This document shows positions 48,090 through 59,668 of a stretch of 64,000 nt of DNA, one piece after another. The notes beneath the pieces are model-generated. The model searched no databases, had not been told where the DNA came from, and saw only the letters and a program-made list of their open reading frames with translations. Position 1 is the stretch's first letter; every line of letters begins with the position of its first letter. Origin of the DNA: the human T2T-CHM13v2.0 reference genome, Homo sapiens; NCBI RefSeq assembly GCF_009914755.1, contig NC_060936.1. The stretch is one strand, 5' to 3'. Position numbers and translations under genes: made by a program.

Positions 48090-49400
48090 AGCATGAGCAT
48101 GGAGAACTAAAAAAGCATACTTGGAGTCAGTGTAAATGTTAGCTACCTTTACCTTGCTTAACTCAAGTGCTCTTGTAAGAGCTATCAGTTCAGCTGGTTA
48201 AGCACTTATGCCTGGAGTGAGAGACACACTTTCAATAACATTCAGAGTGACTACTGCATATCCTGCCTTCTGTACTCCTTGCTCTGTAAAGGAGCCTCTG
48301 TCCATGAAGAGGGCCCAATCTGGATTTTCTAGGGGAGTTTCCCTGAGATCTTCCCTGGCCGCATAGGTCTGTACCACAACTTGTTCACAGTCATATTCAG
48401 GTCCTCCAGTTCCCTTGGGGAGAAAGGTGACTGGGCTTAAGCAAAAACAAGTTTTTAACTGGATGGTGGAACCCTCTGATAGTAGGGCTTGATATTTAAG
48501 GAGCCTGCTGTCTGTTAACCAAAGGCTTTCCTTAGAGGACAGTAATCCCACCACATTATATGGGGTATAAATAGTCATGTCATTTCCCAGGATTAATTTG
48601 GAGGCTTCTGGGACCAGTAGAGCCACTGCAGCAATGGATCAGGGGCATGCTGGCAATCCTTTAACCATCAAATTAAGTTCCTTACTCAGGTAACCCACTG
48701 GCTGTTGAGCTGGTCCACAGACCTGTGTTAAAACTCCCAAGGTCATTTCCTTCCTTTCTGATACATACAGATTGAAGGCCCTTCCTATGGAAAGGCTGTG
48801 ACTATGGCCTCAGTGAGATGGAAGTCCTGAAGTAGTCTTCATTCCCCATTGAGTTTTATGTGCTCCTAACATTGGGGTGTTGAATGGGCTGCTTCAGGTT
48901 TTGAAGAGGCCCTGCATCATCAGGTTATTAGTAATGGCTTCTAGCCCTTTCCTAGCCTCTGGCTTCAGTGGATATTGTTTCTGGTTAGGAAAAGAAGTGG
49001 GATCCTTAAGATGGATCTGGACTGGCCTAGCAGTTACAGCTCAACTCATTGTTCCTTCAGTTGCCCACACTTCTGGATTGATATTAGCTTCTACCAGGGG
49101 GTGACAGAGTTTGTCCTGGGGCTATAAGGATGCTGGTCTGCCTGCAAGTAAAATATCTCTACCTAATAAAGGAGTGGAACTTTTTGGCATGATTAAAAAA
49201 GCATGTGTCAATAATAGGTTTCCCCATCTGCAACCTAAGGGGTTGTGAAAAATATTGAATTAGACTTTTTCCTGAGATGCCCTGTGATGCCTGGTCATGC
49301 TACAGAAAGAGGGGAGGCCTGGATTAGAGAGGAGAAGAGAGAGAGAGACTGGCTCTAGTGTTCACAAGGAGATCTACCTTCCTTCAATTTCCAGAATCAC
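48090..49400 (-). pseudogene. ERV pro-pol remnant (protease, RT N-terminus fused to connection/RNase H)
   Basis: Minus-strand translation gives SPFNTP..., PVGYLSKEL, ORF 48198..48626 (WLTDSRLLKYQALL...KAGYAVVT) and AELIALTRAL...NIYTDSKYAF; stops and frameshifts present. Confidence 0.85.
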
Positions 49401-49419
49401 CCAGGGCTCCTGTGCTGTA

Positions 49420-50640
49420 TGTTGGTTTGAGCCACTGGAGCTCCGGGACCCATCAATCCTGTTGGACAATCTGTGAGACTGGTTTGGAACCCGGTGACCT
49501 TCATCTCTGGGGGCAGTCCGACTTCCAATGGTTCCTTCCACAGGCTAGACAAGGTTAAGGTGGTTTTTTCTTGCTGCCTGGGCACTCTTTCTTAAAGTGC
49601 CCTGACTTGCTGCACCTATAGAAACTAGCAGATGTACCTCAGGGATCCTGGGCTTTGTATGTTTGCAGAGCAGCTATTAGTGCCTCTGTCCTTCTCTTTT
49701 GCTTCCTCTCTTTCTCCTGGATCTCCTCCTCCTGGTCCCTATTATAAAACACCAAAGTGGTCACCCTTAGGAGGTTCTCCAAGATGCTATCTGGTGCTAT
49801 AGCCTCCTTCTGTATTTTCCTTCTAATATTGGGAGGTGCCTTTTTAATAAACTTGTCCCTTAGGATGAGCTGTCCTCGACTGATTCAGGGGATAAAGGTA
49901 TGTTTTATGAGTGCCTATCAGTCTTTCCATAAAGGCTGCAGGATTCTCATCTGGTTTTGTTCTATCTTGGAAAGTATAGAGTAATTAATAGATTTTGCCC
50001 TTGCTCTTCATAGGCCCTCCAATATGTGCATTAAATGGTGTTTCCTTTTCCATCCATCTGTGGCATCACCGGTGTTCCAACTAGGGTTTGTTTTTTTTTT
50101 TAGAGGAACTGCTTCCCTTCCTATCGGGAATGGTGTTTCCATTATTTCTTTGCCTTCCTTATCTCCTTTTTCCTTTTTAATCTACCACAGGAGACATGTT
50201 GTTCATCGCCAGAATTTTCTGCTGCCTGCAGAACTGCCTGCTTTTCCACTGTGGTTAGGATTTGGCTTAAGAGCAGCAAAACATCTCTCCGTGTGTGGTG
50301 AAACACTTGAGTTAAATTTTGGAAGGGTTCTATATACCTATCAGGATCATCAGAAAATTGGCCTAAATCTTCCTTTATTTGCCTAAGATTCTGTAATGAG
50401 ATGGGAACTTGAGGTGACCCCAAATAACGGGGATTCTCAGATGGCTCCTCTGGAAGTTGCTTTTCTAGTCTTAGGGAATCATTCCCTTTGGGCCTGCCTG
50501 ATATGATTGCTACACTTGCAAAGGTCTAGTAAGAAGGCCATGCCCTTGTGCAAAAGAAAATGAGCCATTTTTTCTTCAAAGTCTCAGGATCAAAGGAGTC
50601 CCTGTGCTTCAGAATGCACTCCAGAGGAGTACAGGCCTTA
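49420..50640 (-). pseudogene. ERV gag remnant (capsid and zinc knuckle)
   Basis: ORF 50142..50423 (VPISLQNLRQIKEDLGQFSDDPDRYIE..QNLTQ) is gammaretroviral-type p30; degenerate knuckle FYRCSKSGHFKKEC at about 49582-49623. Confidence 0.85.
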
Positions 50641-52076
50641 GATGATAAAGAGAAGGAAAAAAAGGCATCCCTTTAGTCTCCTTCCTTTTGATGTGACCCA
50701 GGGTGGGAGAAAGACAGTGGGGGTGTCCCCCTGTTGTTTTCTCTCCATGGTTCCTGGCATCCTGGCACCTTGTTAAATGTGCTGCCCATGGTTGCAGGTG
50801 TGGCTTCCCCAGCCATGGAACCAGAGGAACTAAGTGGTGGGTTTTAGTCACCCTCACCCATGCAACTCTAGTCCTCTGCCTAGACTTTGGGGCTCTCTGA
50901 AAAATGGATCTTGGGAAAGACTATGTAACAGTTGCATTTGGGCAATTGTTGCACTCGCCTCCTTAATGGAGGAAGCGTGCTGGTTTGAGCTCTATATCCT
51001 GCTATTATGGCCCATGCTAAAGTGTTTACCCTTAGAGAATCATTCCAGTTAACTTCTGACTTAAAATCCCCTTACTAATTAAGTACCATTCTAATTGGAG
51101 GCAGAATAGGTATCTTAAAAGAATGTAGGGACCAAATGGCCATTTTCCTGAAGGAAGGACAGTATTAAGACTAAAATTTGGTTTTGGAGGACATTTTACT
51201 CCTAATTGCTGAAGGCAGAGTTTTCCCATTCACAGAAACAGCATAAAGCCTGGTTTCTAGTAGAGAGGCGTAAAAAGGGGAGAGAATTGGGAAGCTAGAG
51301 TGCTTGGGTAAAGGAGAGGATTCCTATTCCACTAGGTGGTGCTGCTGACTTTGAGATGCCATGTGCTCTCCAGACCAAGGGCAGAGTGACCTTGACATGC
51401 CATGTGCTCTCCAGATCAAGGGCAGAGAGAGAGAGACCTGGAAATGCCATGTGCTCTCTAGAACAAGGGCAGGGAGAGATGCTCACTGGGGGTACCCTCT
51501 GTTTCTAGAACATCACAAAAACACCTTCCCTTGAGCTATATGCCCATTTACTATGACATTATCTGATCTTGCCAAACAGGATTCCTTCCCTGAACCATAA
51601 ATCTTCCCACACATTGCATACACAGAGAGGATAAGAGTTATGACAGTTGCCAACAGGAAAGAAAGAAATTATGATAGGAAAGTTGGAGATCTTGTGGCCG
51701 ATAGCCCATCAGTGGGGACAGAGGCTGGGGTCAGTCCAGTAGCCTTTGGATAACACCAGGGATAGCCCCAGCCAGAAATCCTCAGTTGCTCCAGGACTCC
51801 TTCCAGCCCCACATGACGGCTGAGTACTCCATGAAAGGAAGCTGGTTCAAACATGGCCAATATGCCAAGCAACCCATGGGTTCTCCATGTTCTCCCCAGT
51901 AAGCCTGTCCCCCAAGTCTTATATGGCTGGCAGCCACGCTAATTATTTTATGGCTGAAGGGGGTCCAGTATTTGGTTTGATTTGGTTCTTAAATGGAGGC
52001 CAATAGCCTCTGAATGAAAGGACAGAGTTGGAGTCTGCTCCTCTACTCATTGTTTCAATTAATGTTGTACGCTGGT

Positions 52077-52095
52077 ATCATGGATGAGGTCCCCA
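52077..52095 (-). promoter_or_regulatory. Primer-binding site (tRNA-Pro-like)
   Basis: TGGGGACCTCATCCATGAT, 3 nt inside the 5' LTR end, compared with the Pro PBS TGGGGGCTCGTCCGGGAT. Confidence 0.75.
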
Positions 52096-52098
52096 GTA

Positions 52099-52715
52099 TG
52101 AAATGGCTATGTTGTCTGGGGTATATACCCTGGGATTCATCATCTCACACCAGGAAAACTTAGGACATGGATACACACAAGGAGTTTAGGAGTGGAGATT
52201 TAATAGGCAGAAGAGAAGTGAAAGAGAAACAGCTCTCTTTCTGTAGAGGGAGAGGGGTCCCCGAGCAGAAAAGACTGGCTGGCGTTGAATGCGCTGGATT
52301 TTATAGTCAGGTTTGAGGAGGTGGTGTCTGATTTACATAGGGCTCACAGATTGGTTTGATCAGGTATGATGTTTACATAGTGCGTGGGGAAGGTTGGTCA
52401 CTGTACCCTAATCTTATTATGCAAATAGGCTTTCCAGTTGATCAGTGACATCTTGTCTGCTTCTTACTGTACATGTGGCTGAGAAAGAAAAGGGAAGATG
52501 GAGCCGCCATCTTGAACATGTGTAGTCCATAGTTCCTGCCGGCATTCACCCGTTCAAGCTCCCAGCTTGCTTGTTTATGTCTGCAGCTCGACTTTACAGG
52601 CTGCTCTTTCTTAGAAAATGATTTGGGGCTGCTTTTCATTAAAAAGCAAAGCCTTACCAAGGACTCCCATACCCTTACTTTCTGCCTCAGTGATTTCTTC
52701 TTAACTCCTATATTG
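52099..52715 (-). mobile_element. 5' LTR of the provirus
   Basis: On the minus strand: CCAAT (52350-52354), TATAAAA (52299-52305) and ATTAAA (52199-52204); adjacent to the PBS. Confidence 0.9.
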
Positions 52716-53452
52716 GATATATTGTGGGTTGTTAAAAAGTGATTATGGAGTGAAGTACAAAAAAAAAAATAGCCATATATCAGTTCTTCCATGCAGTACA
52801 GTGGCAGAAAAGGATGTGATGGCTTAGGGATTAAGAAGAAAGCAGTATGACAGAAAGATTTTTAAGATCAGAGACTACAAAGGGTCTTTCTAGCAGGGAA
52901 ACTGATACTACAAGATGATATAAGAGAACGGGGGAGAGAGTACTTTGGAGTCACTGACGGCGCAGTTTCAGAAAAAATTGGGGAATTGAAAGTGAGAGCA
53001 TAAGAGACGATATTAGATTTATAATATTTCTAGATATTTGGGGAAACATTATCCAATACAAATGCATGGTTTCTTAACATTTATTTGTAGAATGAAGCAT
53101 GAAACTAACACAACATTAAGTTGTTAGAAGTTCATAGGCTTCAAAAGTAAAAGTGGCAAAATCTTTTTCCAACAGTCTATGTAATCTTTCAAAATCATAC
53201 TAACTGAAAGGACAGGAAATGGGCACACTTCCTATGGCACCAAATCAATTTTTATCTTGGCAGAAAAACTGATTATTACAGCTACTGTGAGCCATTGTTA
53301 TTATAATTGAGTGGATCATTTGTCCAGTATGTTTTTCCTAGTAAAAGAAAAACATTTGTGGTTTCTGTGGTGAATAAGAATTCTAACACCAGGAAAAAAA
53401 TGCAGGCCCTCTTTTTGTTGTTGTTTTGCATATATTTGTTTGTTTGTTTCAG

Positions 53453-53523
53453 CACCAAATGTGGCTCCTTCAGATGTAGGAGGTGGAGGTGGAAGAAACA
53501 GAGAGCTGACCATAACATGGGCG
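53453..53523 (+). CDS. CNTN1: CNTN1 internal coding exon: start of FNIII-2
   Basis: gtttgtttcag|CA...GCG|gtaagt; 71 nt, phase 1-0; (A)PNVAPSDVGGGGGRNRELTITWA, in frame with the flanking exons. Confidence 0.96.
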
Positions 53524-55349
53524 GTAAGTATTGATGAGTTGCACATATTATAGGTTGCTGTATCTATATTTAACTTCCACCCCATTTTGTTTCCTGAAAT
53601 AAATTGAGATGAAAGTGACTGCCTACTGCACAAGCAAGAATATATTACTATTTTTTTTTCTTAAATGCAAATCAGATTTTATCTGGCTTACTGTGGCTTA
53701 GTGTGTAGCTCCTATGCAAGAATGAATCCTGGATGCTAAGAGATCTGTTAGCCTAGATGATTAAACATTCAGCTGTCTGATTCCAGAGATACTTTGATCA
53801 TTGTAGTCTGGTAATCTAATTGTAATTTTAAACATTGTCTCTGGACATTCTAAATTCCAAAGATTCCATTTACAAACTTTGTATCAAAACCCATTTTTAA
53901 ATTGGAGACTGCCTCCTCACTTGAAGCTTACTTTGATCACTGGTGTAATCTAGCATGATAGGTCAGTCTTAGAAGTCACCCATGGGACTAGTTACTGAGG
54001 TATCCAAAGCATTTTATTACAGTTTCGTGAGTCAAAGAGTTCTGTATCAGAGACTACAATCTCTAGAAAACAATACATCTTGGCTGGATTTTTGAAATAG
54101 GAAAGATATTGGGAGGGGTGGGAAAAGTTGTCTGACAAAACTGTCTGACTTAGACATCTGGCATTTATCCAGATAACATGGTTTATACAGATTCATTTAT
54201 TCATTAAATACACTTAGTGTTGAATCACTGCAGATAGTCAAAGAGCACAATTTAGGCTCCAAAGGATTTTGAAGACTGTGGAAAAAATGACAGGTTTTAT
54301 TCTTTGCATTGGTCAAATGGATTTATTTAATAAATGAATGTTTAGCAAAACTTGACTCACTGTGTGCTTTGTAGTCATTTTCTATACTTAGCATTTAAAT
54401 CACATTTTAAAGCAAGATTTAGCAAAAAAAAATCTAATCTGAATCGTAAAATATTTATTTCTAAGTTTAACTGCCAATGAAATGTCCAAAAATGCAAATA
54501 TTATAAAAATTAGAACATTTCGCTCTTTCTCTTATGGCTTTTTATAAATTCTGTGGATATCTGCTACAGAATAAGATGGGCCTTATAAAAAATTCAGTAT
54601 TGGAAATTCTCCTCCAAAGATTCAAATTCAGGTTTCTGGAGATAGAGCCCGAGAGTTGTTATTTTTGAAATTTTCATAGCTGATTCTGTTATACTCTAAA
54701 TTCCAAAAACTAAGTAGAGAACTATCAATAAGAAAAATGTTTAAACTATTGTAGAAATGTTAGGCTATACTATCTAATAATCTAAAATCACATACCTATT
54801 AATATATTGTGCAACCACATACAGCTTCTACCATTTGACCTTTCCACATTTCTATATCTTCCTATTTAATATAAGTATGTCCAAGCAATAGTGTTATATT
54901 TACTTCAAGGTTTTGCCTCAAGACATCTTAAATTTGATTTTCTGGTAAAAAAAAAAAAAAGTAAATATACAATGTGCACATTTACCTAAATTGCCAAAAA
55001 AGGCTAACTGACAAGTACTCACTAGAAGTAGCTGTAAGTCAGTTTTTATTAATAATAGGTGATTAGGGCTGACATAGACTTCTTTATAAGGCAATTTACA
55101 TGAGTGACAAGAAACCTTGAGAAAATGATGAAAAACCAAGCACTTGCTTTAGAATTGGAGATAGAAACCCAAAGCCATCCTCCTACAAATGAGTGCAATA
55201 TTGTCCCTTCCTCCTTGTCACCTACTTTTATTCCTCTTACCAGTTTCTTTTCGATCACAAGGTAGATATTCTAGGCTAGAGTCTTATATAACTCTCTTAC
55301 CATTGCCTTTCAATTCTAATGAAATTCATTTGCTCATCCCTTTAATACA

Positions 55350-55715
55350 TATTACTTGAAGCCCTGTTCTAGGTGCTAGGGATAAAGAGGAAAACAAAAC
55401 TGACAAAAACGCTGCATTCATAAAACGTGTATTCTAGTAGTTGAGAGAGACAATAAAGTAGATAAATAAGTAAACTGTATAGACTTTGTTAGGGTTAAAG
55501 AAAAACAATAGGTAGGGTGCGGGACATGGAGCATTGTGTTGGAGTCTTGCAGTGGCAGAACCTGTGGTCGGAGAAAACGTCGAGGTGATTTTACCTCGGG
55601 AAAGTGAGGGGGTGGGAGGAGTCACATAACATCTAGGAGAACATTCTAGGCAGAAGAAACTGAAAGGAAAAAGGCCCGGAGTGAGAGGCCCCTGAGGTGT
55701 TCTAGGAGTAGTGAG
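55350..55715 (-). mobile_element. L2 fragment
   Basis: ccctgttctaggtgctagggata...acattctaggcagaagaaac...aaaggccc motifs. Confidence 0.55.
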
Positions 55716-55907
55716 GCTACAATTTGGTAAATAAGATCATCCCATGTTTAAGTATGTTTTTCCTCTGACATTTGGAACCAGCACTAATGTATGAACTGTG
55801 TATGTTTTTACAAAGAGCACGCCTCCGTGTGTGTCATTATCCCCATAGCATTTCCTCCCTGTTACCTGTATTACTAAAACCTACTCAATCTTTTAATTTC
55901 TATTTAG

Positions 55908-56142
55908 CCTTTGTCAAGAGAATACCACTATGGCAACAATTTTGGTTACATAGTGGCATTTAAGCCATTTGATGGAGAAGAATGGAAAAAAGTCACAGTT
56001 ACTAATCCTGATACTGGCCGATATGTCCATAAAGATGAAACCATGAGCCCTTCCACTGCATTTCAAGTTAAAGTCAAGGCCTTCAACAACAAAGGAGATG
56101 GACCTTACAGCCTAGTAGCAGTCATTAATTCAGCACAAGACG
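55908..56142 (+). CDS. CNTN1: CNTN1 internal coding exon: remainder of FNIII-2
   Basis: ttctatttag|CCT...GACG|gtaggt; 235 nt, phase 0-1; PLSREYHYGNNFGYIVAFKPFDGEEWKKVTVTNPDTGRYVHKDETMSPSTAFQVKVKAFNNKGDGPYSLVAVINSAQD (ORF track 55911..56150). Confidence 0.97.
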
Positions 56143-56515
56143 GTAGGTGAAAGAAAGACCTTCTTACCTGAGGAGGGAGGAAAAACGTATTTCTCTAGCA
56201 GGCATTTAGTTTGTTTCCTTTCAGGCCTTACTTATTAAGACCTTTTTATAGCATTATGCATTTAGTAAATGAGTACTATTTTGAACCAAATTAAACATCA
56301 CCCTCTTCATCTAAATGATGAGAATGTTGCTAGAGTCTTTTTCATCATTTAGATCATGCCCATGGTATGAGGAAATCCCCATTAAAATAATTGGCTCTGA
56401 CTTCCATTTTTGGGCTCTTGATTATAATTTTGTAGTCAGAAACTCTCCATACTTGAACAGAATCTCAACATGTCTGTATATTCATAAAGTTTATAATTTA
56501 AAACTTCTATAATAT

Positions 56516-56626
56516 GGCCGGGCGTGGTGGCGCATGCCTGTAATCCCAGCACTTTGGGAGGCGGAGGCAGGCAGATCTGTCTGGAGGACAGAGCAAGACT
56601 CCGTCTCAAAAAAAAAAAAAAAAAAA
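56516..56626 (+). mobile_element. Internally deleted Alu with TSD
   Basis: First ~62 nt of Alu joined directly to the last ~30 nt plus poly(A); TSD aaaacttctataatat / aaaatttctgtaatgt. Confidence 0.9.
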
Positions 56627-57035
56627 TTTCTGTAATGTATATATTATATATATTATTTGTAAAATGGCCCCAAATTCTAACCTAAAAATGTGTTTAATTG
56701 CAGCATTTACGTAACTTTTTATTACAATACAGAACACAAATTTTGTTAAAGGGAATCTAGACATAATTATATGAAAAAGAGGTCAGTTGAAATTGTTTTC
56801 TTGAAAAGGGAAAAATTTGTCCTGTAGGGCATTTAGGAAAAAAACAATGCTAATACCAGCTCTTTTTGTTTTTCTAGAAACTTTAACTTAACTAACCATG
56901 GTCATAGAAGACTTTATATATTTATACAAATGATACACAGTTTTAGATTGAGCATAATTACATTATTTTCTCTGATTTCTGTTTAAGCTGCTATACTTTT
57001 GTTATTTATATTCTTGTTAAAAATAATACCTTTCT

Positions 57036-57340
57036 GGCCTGGCATGGTGGCTCACGCCTGTAATCCCAGCACTTAGGGAGGCTGAGGCAGGTGGATCACC
57101 TGAGGTTGGGAGTTCGAGACCAGTGTGACCAACATGGAGAAACCCTGTCTCTACTAAAACTACAAAATGAGCCAGGATTGGTGGCACATGCCTGTAATGC
57201 CAGCTACTTGGGAGGCTGAGGCAGGAGAATCGCCTGGACCCGGGAGGTGAAGTTGCCGTGAGCCGAGATCAGGCCATTGCACTCCAGCCTGGGCAACAAA
57301 AGCGAAAGTCCATCTCAAAAAAAAAAAATAATAATAATAA
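57036..57340 (+). mobile_element. AluSp-like
   Basis: gaccaacatggagaaaccc and ggcaacaa.agcgaaa diagnostics; TSD aataata(c/g)ctttct. Confidence 0.93.
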
Positions 57341-57922
57341 TAATAGCTTTCTTTATTCATGTGCACTGTGTAAATAATTAATGACTAGAAAAACAAATAG
57401 AGATGTCATTGCCTTCTGATCTTTGGCAATGTACATTTACCCTTGGCCAAGTTTCTCTTTGCACATGTGTGAGAAGCACAAATAGAAGAGCTTGAAAACT
57501 AAAGGTGTGTGAGGTACTCTTCTATCATTAGAGGAAATGGGCTCTATTGGTTCACCCAACTTCCATTGTTTTCACTCCAAGATAGACATTTAGCCATGCC
57601 TTATACCTCAACAGAAATTCTCACGTATATTCATCAGTCACAGAATTATTAGTTTTAGTATTTGTTAAAAATGTAATATATAATTAAATCATCCTATGAT
57701 CTTTACTTTTATTAAACACCATTGTATTCTATATATGTATGTCATAATACCATGTCATATGTCTTAAATATACATAACAAAATTTAATATAAAAGGCAGT
57801 TATTCATATATGTTAAAGTATATATGTGTGTATATATAAGTATATATGTATATATTTAAAGTTATATATATACTTTTTACTATATTTTTTACTGCATACA
57901 AAAGTATGTGTATTTTAATATA

Positions 57923-57953
<31 letters not shown>

Positions 57954-58080
57954 GTATTTTTTTACTTTTAAGTTAGCACAACCAAATATGTCAAAAGAAT
58001 AAAATGTAGAAATAATTTGTTTATTATCAAACAGTGGAAAAGTCCTGATGACAAACTTATATTCTCTATGCTTGTGCTCA

Positions 58081-58420
<340 letters not shown>

Positions 58421-59564
58421 TCACTCAGTTTTAATAATTTGAAGAACGAGTACATCTTACAGATAAAATGAGTGTCTTAAGCATTTTACAAGTTACCTTC
58501 TCACCTTTTTACTGCTTTACTTGATGCTAAAATAAGTTTTCAGGCAAATAGCTTGTCATCTATTTAGTCATGGCTATTTGTATTTAATTATATTTCTTTC
58601 CTAAATATTTCATGAGTCTCATAAAACTTGCATGTGTTGAAACTTGTATAAGTGTTAATCTCTTCTTCCACTGCTGAGAAATCAATCATAGTGCTACACA
58701 TTTGCCTTGTTTTAGAAAGTCAACAGTGTTCATGTGTAGAACATTTTTAAACATTAAATAGGATTATGGCATTTTAATGAAAGACAATAAAAATTGATCA
58801 CCCCTGCTTAAAGCCTTCATTGGTTTCTTTGTGTAAATTTCATAAGGGATGTCAGTTACTTTTTTTCTGTGAACAGAGACCTTTTTGATACATATTTGAC
58901 TTGATGCCCAGTTGGAAGATTAGACATATAAAAGCTTTCTTGAGCCCAGGAAACAGTGGATGTTACAACTTGTTTCAAAGGCTCTTAAAAATTTTTTTTT
59001 AAAGATCTTAGCTTGAACATAAAAAGGGAAGTTTTATTAATAATATTGCTGTTTGTAGTTAGTTCACACAAATAGCAAATAAGAGAAAATGTATTATATT
59101 GAACAATTTTCTATAATTCCAAATTTCCTATTTCTGATAATATAGAGTTGACAGCTAAATATTAATAATTTTAATTTGCATCAACAGGCTTTCTTAAGCA
59201 TATCAGTTGAGAGAAATTAAAAAAATAGTTTTTTTTTGCTCACAGATGTAATAGAAATTGATGAAGCTTTCTGTATTTGGTAAAAGTGTGTGTGGGAATG
59301 TGTATGTGTATATGTCTATATTAACATTTATGTAAATGAATGTGTGTGTGCACATGTATCACTAATGCCATAAAATAAAGTAACATTAGAAAAATACAGG
59401 AAGAGGTAATGAAATAATTGCACTTAGTTTGAAAATAGTAAAGCTATTTTAGAAACATTAAAATTAAAGTATGGTCCAACATCATTCATATAGCAAATGA
59501 TGCTATTCGAATTTCTTAAATGTAAATATCTCACTAATAATATAATGTTCTCATAAAATTTCAG

Positions 59565-59668
59565 CTCCCAGTGAAGCCCCAACAGAAGTAGGTGTAAAAG
59601 TCTTATCATCTTCTGAGATATCTGTTCATTGGGAACATGTTTTAGAAAAAATAGTGGAAAGCTATCAG
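59565..59668 (+). CDS. CNTN1: CNTN1 internal coding exon: start of FNIII-3
   Basis: aaatttcag|CT...CAG|gtacgt; 104 nt, phase 1-0; (A)PSEAPTEVGVKVLSSSEISVHWEHVLEKIVESYQ. Confidence 0.95.

Larger units (their letters stand above)
46635..52715 (-). mobile_element. Internally deleted ERV1 provirus, LTR9/HUERS-P3-like
   Basis: Two homologous LTRs of about 610 bp, 4-bp TSD GATA (46631-46634, 52716-52719), degenerate tRNA-Pro PBS, polypurine tract and gag/pro/pol remnants. Family name is from recall. Confidence 0.9.

Noticed and set aside
53282-53633. Three ORF-track entries overlapping the 71-nt exon
   Set aside because: Wrong frame or strand; the true frame is set by the splice phases.
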